Shown: positions 59,973 to 64,000 of the stretch, piece by piece
Position numbering within the stretch: position 1 is the stretch's first letter
How the letters are laid out: every line of letters begins with the position of its first letter
From: an uncultured virus (IMG/VR IMGVR_UViG_3300031269_000004)
Lineage: Duplodnaviria; Heunggongvirae; Uroviricota; Caudoviricetes
DNA: 64,000 bases
IMG/VR virus record: IMGVR_UViG_3300031269_000004
Strand: one strand, 5' to 3'
Made by a program: the position numbers and the translations under genes
Notes under the pieces: model-generated
What the model was told of the DNA's origin: nothing
What the model saw: only the letters and a program-made list of their open reading frames with translations
Database searches by the model: none

Positions 59973-60326
59973 ATGAAAAGTCAAGAAGAATTAGCAATGC
60001 TTGTCGAGTTAACAAAGAGACACTATGCCCTAATGACAACTAGGGATGTTCTTATTAGCGTTTATACTAATGCTTCAGGTTTTTTGTGGTCAGCAATGAT
60101 GGTTAGAAGTGGCACCGAACTAGGGTATTCTGATCATAATGGTGACAATGTGTGGTCAGGCACATTTTCAACATATAACAAGGCATTAGCTGATGCAGTA
60201 GACCTTATCGAAAGTTGTAGTTTAAAAAAGTTTAGGCATGTGACAAGTTCAGATACGTTTCATTGGGGTAACTACGTTGACTTTCTTTACGCACGTCGAA
60301 ATAGACTCAAAAAGACAAGAGTGTAG
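59973..60326 (+). CDS. Hypothetical protein
   Basis: ATG 59973 after TGTTTAATT. Confidence 0.6.
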   Translation: MKSQEELAMLVELTKRHYALMTTRDVLISVYTNASGFLWSAMMVRSGTELGYSDHNGDNVWSGTFSTYNKALADAVDLIESCSLKKFRHVTSSDTFHWGNYVDFLYARRNRLKKTRV

Positions 60327-60406
60327 GAAAGCAACTCAATATTGAACTGCAACATGTTAACAACTTTGCCTATTTTTAACTGTTTAAGTTGTCATTTAAC
60401 CACTAA

Positions 60407-60428
60407 TTGTTATATATTTATATAACAA
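60407..60428 (+). promoter_or_regulatory. Palindromic putative early-promoter element, copy 7
   Basis: TTGTTATATATTTATATAACAA. Confidence 0.75.
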
Positions 60429-60443
60429 ACAAATATAAATACT

Positions 60444-61493
60444 ATGTCACAATCAGACTACAAGGCTAAAGTTGATCTATACTATATAGCAAAAGATGCA
60501 TATTATCAAGGAGAAGCTATTATATCAGATGATGAATTTGACTCTTTAGAAGATGAACTTATAGAACAAGGTTTTGATCCAACGGTTGGTTACCAAGAGG
60601 TATCAACAGAAAGAAAGGTTAAGCATGGCCATCGAATGTTAAGTCTTTCTAAGACTAAAGTGGAAACAAATGGTATGTCAAATGAAACTGCACAGGCCTT
60701 ATTTGATCGTATTGGTCCAGGCCAACTCAGTTGGAAATATGATGGTGTTGCAATTGAAGCCAGTTACAAAATGGGTAAACTAGAAATGGTTTCCACCAGA
60801 GGTGATGGCAACATGGGTGTTAATGTCCATGCAAAATTGGCTTCATTATTTCCACAATGTATTGGTTACAAAGACCATGTTGGTATTCGTTTTGAAATGG
60901 TTATGAATCAAAGAGTATTCGAAAGTAAATATTCAGATAAGTATTCACACTCTAGAAATCTGGTTGCTGGCATAGTTAATGACATTAACAAAGATGATGT
61001 TAGAAAACATGATCTTATACCAATTATGTTAGAGTCTGTTACACCAACTGGTGAAATATTAGACTTAGACATGTTTCCTGAATTTACCTGTAAAGAAATA
61101 ACCAATTGCACCACCCCGGACCAATTAGTAACATCATTTGCCAGTATGGCACAAAGACGTAAAGAGTACCAATTTGGTACAGATGGTATTGTTTTTAACA
61201 CAATAGGTGTCAAAAAGGTATTACATAACGGTACATATCCTAAGCATGCAGTTGCTATTAAATTTAAGGCACCAACTATGCAGTCAACCGTTACTGATAT
61301 TAAATGGAATATGAATAAGACAGGAAGATGGACCCCAGTAGTTTATTTTATGCCAATCATAGTTGATGGTAGAAAAATACAAAGAGCATCAGGTCATCAC
61401 CTTCAATACCTGGTTGTTAACGATATCCAAATTGGATCAAATGTTACAGTTACACTGGCTAATGACATAATCCCAATGATCAAAAAAGCATAA
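60444..61493 (+). CDS. ligA: NAD+-dependent DNA ligase, N-terminal half (Ia, adenylation and OB domains)
   Basis: YY...ISDDEFDSL, MLSL, KYDG, STRGDG, RN..AG, DGIV, AVAIKF; ends just after ANDIIP (motif VI). Confidence 0.9.
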   Translation: MSQSDYKAKVDLYYIAKDAYYQGEAIISDDEFDSLEDELIEQGFDPTVGYQEVSTERKVKHGHRMLSLSKTKVETNGMSNETAQALFDRIGPGQLSWKYDGVAIEASYKMGKLEMVSTRGDGNMGVNVHAKLASLFPQCIGYKDHVGIRFEMVMNQRVFESKYSDKYSHSRNLVAGIVNDINKDDVRKHDLIPIMLESVTPTGEILDLDMFPEFTCKEITNCTTPDQLVTSFASMAQRRKEYQFGTDGIVFNTIGVKKVLHNGTYPKHAVAIKFKAPTMQSTVTDIKWNMNKTGRWTPVVYFMPIIVDGRKIQRASGHHLQYLVVNDIQIGSNVTVTLANDIIPMIKKA

Positions 61494-61495
61494 CT

Positions 61496-61786
61496 ATGGA
61501 ACACACATCAATCATGTTACATTTTACAGAACAAGAAATGCAATTGTACCTGACTAAACGAGACTACAGAATTGTTATGACACAGCTTAGCATTTGGTGC
61601 CCAGGCGAACTGGGCTATCCAGACGTCATAAAAACAAAATGTGTACCTGTACTTTACTATGATTGTGGTACCAGTAATGAAATTGAAGTATTCCATCCAG
61701 CAACAATGACGCAAGGTTCACACCAAGAACTAATCACAGCAACATTTACAAAAGAACTAAAAAAGACTTTATTGTTAATAACTTAG
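61496..61786 (+). CDS. Hypothetical protein between the ligase halves
   Basis: 96-aa ORF with no ligase motif. Confidence 0.55.
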   Translation: MEHTSIMLHFTEQEMQLYLTKRDYRIVMTQLSIWCPGELGYPDVIKTKCVPVLYYDCGTSNEIEVFHPATMTQGSHQELITATFTKELKKTLLLIT

Positions 61787-61814
61787 TGACCAATTAGTGT
61801 CATATAACAATTAA

Positions 61815-61835
61815 TTGTTATATATTTATATAACA
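61815..61835 (+). promoter_or_regulatory. Palindromic putative early-promoter element, copy 8
   Basis: TTGTTATATATTTATATAACA. Confidence 0.75.
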
Positions 61836-61851
61836 CCAATAAATAAATATT

Positions 61852-62679
61852 ATGCTTCAAGAGATACCAGAACCAACAGATATTGCAAGAATTGCAGGTA
61901 AAGACATTACATATGCACAACTTAGGTCTAATTTTAACTTACCAGAAATGGCAATAGTTAAAGGTTGCAATGCAATGGTTATTGATGATGGTCAAGCAAT
62001 GCAAAGACTACAATTTTATCATTTTATGGCATGCTTCCCAATACGAGGCTTTAGCGGTAAATCATTTAAGCGATTAATGCAAGTTGATACATTACTACAA
62101 AGTCCAATAGGTTTTTTCGATCCTGTAATTGTAAATGCAAAAGTATTGAATGAGGTTGGCTTTGGACCAAGACAAACAGAATTACTGCTACATGGCATAC
62201 TAAAATGGAGAACAAAAGGCTTTGAACTATTTAGAATCATTAGGTCACTAGGCATTAATAATTGTGGTAACCGAATTGCAAAAGAATGGTCTAAGAAACT
62301 AGCAGGTATTGGTTACAATTTCGATAGTATGGCAGGCAAAGTACTCGAAGAATTAGAAAATTCAGACCATCGTATTAACAACATGCAAATGAGGTTACGT
62401 AATATGGGTTACACTATACACTTGCCAGTGGAAGACACGGCACCAGCTGCCAATACTGTAAAGTTTTTAATGACTGGTTCACCAAAAAGTTTTGGTTACA
62501 AAACAAAGGCCTTGTTTAAGTCTGAACTGGTAACATGGCTTGAGGTTGACAAGCTTAAAGATGCACAGGTACTGATTACAGATAACCTACAATCTACATC
62601 ATCAAAAATGAAACAAGCCAAGTCACTTGGTATTGAAACAATAACATACGGCATGGCTGTATTAAAAGCAAAGGCATAA
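61852..62679 (+). CDS. NAD+-dependent DNA ligase, C-terminal half (HhH and BRCT)
   Basis: IRGFSGKS, GFGPRQ and SLGINNCGNRIAK HhH motifs; BRCT FLMTGS...SSKMKQAKSLGIETI. Confidence 0.8.
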   Translation: MLQEIPEPTDIARIAGKDITYAQLRSNFNLPEMAIVKGCNAMVIDDGQAMQRLQFYHFMACFPIRGFSGKSFKRLMQVDTLLQSPIGFFDPVIVNAKVLNEVGFGPRQTELLLHGILKWRTKGFELFRIIRSLGINNCGNRIAKEWSKKLAGIGYNFDSMAGKVLEELENSDHRINNMQMRLRNMGYTIHLPVEDTAPAANTVKFLMTGSPKSFGYKTKALFKSELVTWLEVDKLKDAQVLITDNLQSTSSKMKQAKSLGIETITYGMAVLKAKA

Positions 62680-63218
62680 TGGAACAAGGCAAAGAGTTAG
62701 AAAAAATAGGTAAACTAGTCTCATTATGGCGAGGTGGTACTACTGAGGCAGAAATTGCTAACGCACTAGACAAAATAAAAAGAGTTTGTAAACGTCACGG
62801 TATTAACCCTGACCGTGTCATGTCTGACGATGATGCAACTAGCAAATACGAGTTTCAATTTAAAACACCAGAAGACAGACGTTTGCTAATGCAATTATTG
62901 TCAATGCTAACAGAACTTACAGTTTTTGCGACATTCAAAAACGGTGTCAAGCGCATAGAGGTTGAACTAACAGCAAAAGAATTTATTAACGTTAGAGAAT
63001 GGTATATCTTTTACAGGTCTTTACATAAAGAAGAATTGGCAGAACTTAGAGAAAACTTTTTTCTTGCTTTTATATCTAGACATGGTCTATTTTCTGACAA
63101 AAAGCGTGGCAACAAGAGTAAACCAAACGATGCTATCGACTTTGATCTTATTAATAATCTGGCAGGCAGAAAGCCAAAATTGACACCAATGACTAAAATA
63201 GGAAAAGAACAAAAATAA
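62679..63218 (+). CDS. DUF2786-like protein
   Basis: LEKIGKLVSL...TEAEIANA...KRHGI N-terminal pattern. Confidence 0.55.
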   Translation: MEQGKELEKIGKLVSLWRGGTTEAEIANALDKIKRVCKRHGINPDRVMSDDDATSKYEFQFKTPEDRRLLMQLLSMLTELTVFATFKNGVKRIEVELTAKEFINVREWYIFYRSLHKEELAELRENFFLAFISRHGLFSDKKRGNKSKPNDAIDFDLINNLAGRKPKLTPMTKIGKEQK

Positions 63219-63223
63219 ACAAC

Positions 63224-63715
63224 ATGGTAAGAGAAGAGAAACAAATAAAGGCATTGTCAGATTGGGCAACAGCTTTTAGTAAATTTACACCAACTATGCT
63301 AACGCTTGAAAACTTTAGGCTATTTAGTGCCTTGCTTGTATATGAAAACGAAACGCAAGACTTGGCTAAAATGTCAGATATCGTAGACGAGGAGACCTTT
63401 ATGATTAAGATCATACAGGTAAAGCTTACAGGTTTTGAAAATATGACAATGTCACCTTCTGCTATAGTTTGGCTTTCTAGTCATTGTTCAACACCCGGCA
63501 TTGCTGTGATGCTGCTCGCGTATACGTATTGGCGAGCTAAAAATGCCTTGTTAGAAAAAGTTACTATTTCAAATATGGGACACACGATTTTTCCAGATGG
63601 TATACCAACGCATGAGTGGCTTGTTGCAATGTGGGATAGACAAAAACTGTCACCTGGTTCAGAATCAACAAGCGACAACTTGCTAGATGCAATAATGGAC
63701 ATGCAACATGACTAG
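63224..63715 (+). CDS. Hypothetical protein
   Basis: 163-aa ORF. Confidence 0.6.
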   Translation: MVREEKQIKALSDWATAFSKFTPTMLTLENFRLFSALLVYENETQDLAKMSDIVDEETFMIKIIQVKLTGFENMTMSPSAIVWLSSHCSTPGIAVMLLAYTYWRAKNALLEKVTISNMGHTIFPDGIPTHEWLVAMWDRQKLSPGSESTSDNLLDAIMDMQHD

Positions 63716-64000
63716 CCAGTGGTCAACTAAAATGACCAAGGTATTGGATCACATAGAGGCCCAGTCCGGCACTTTACGAGATGAACGGTCACTTGTCCTG
63801 GCTGGTAAATCAACATTGCCAAGGTCACTTCGTGACTTTGTAATTGAACAATTTAAAGACTAAGAAATGAAAATACTGAAAAGTTATAATGTGCAAATAT
63901 GGGTTGGTCTTGGTCAGCATTACAATCCAGACACAATAGTCCATCCCGAAGTGGTTAGGTCACTATGTCAGACTTGGACTGACGATGTGAAAGATTGCGT

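Noticed and set aside
1511..63715. Stop-codon reassignment
   Set aside because: Core genes are intact in the standard code, and TAA, TAG and TGA all end genes at expected positions.

Overview
AT-rich segment of a large T4-like (contractile-tailed, probably jumbo) bacteriophage genome. All credible genes are on the + strand and use the standard code. Starts lack Shine-Dalgarno motifs and follow A-rich leaders, which suggests a Bacteroidota host (inference). Layout: an ncRNA island at 0.7-1.4 kb with a circularly permuted (two-piece) tmRNA, a tRNA-like RNA and a pseudoknotted RNA; a morphogenesis and lysis block (amidase-LysM endolysin, terminase large subunit, tail sheath, tail tube, baseplate hub, tape measure); replication, recombination and nucleotide genes (adk, RuvC-like resolvase, gp32 SSB, UvsW, NrdAB, Mre11-Rad50 fusion, NEIL1-like glycosylase, split NAD+ ligase); and an accessory region from 37.6 to 64 kb. 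In the accessory region about 13 mostly unrelated ORFs share an N-terminal MKSLSTHITES(F/L)VNE leader resembling a capsid-targeting and prohead-protease signal. One of them carries an ADP-ribosyltransferase motif set. Three recurrent intergenic motif classes look like early, middle and late promoters. All functional calls come from motifs read by eye; no searches were run.
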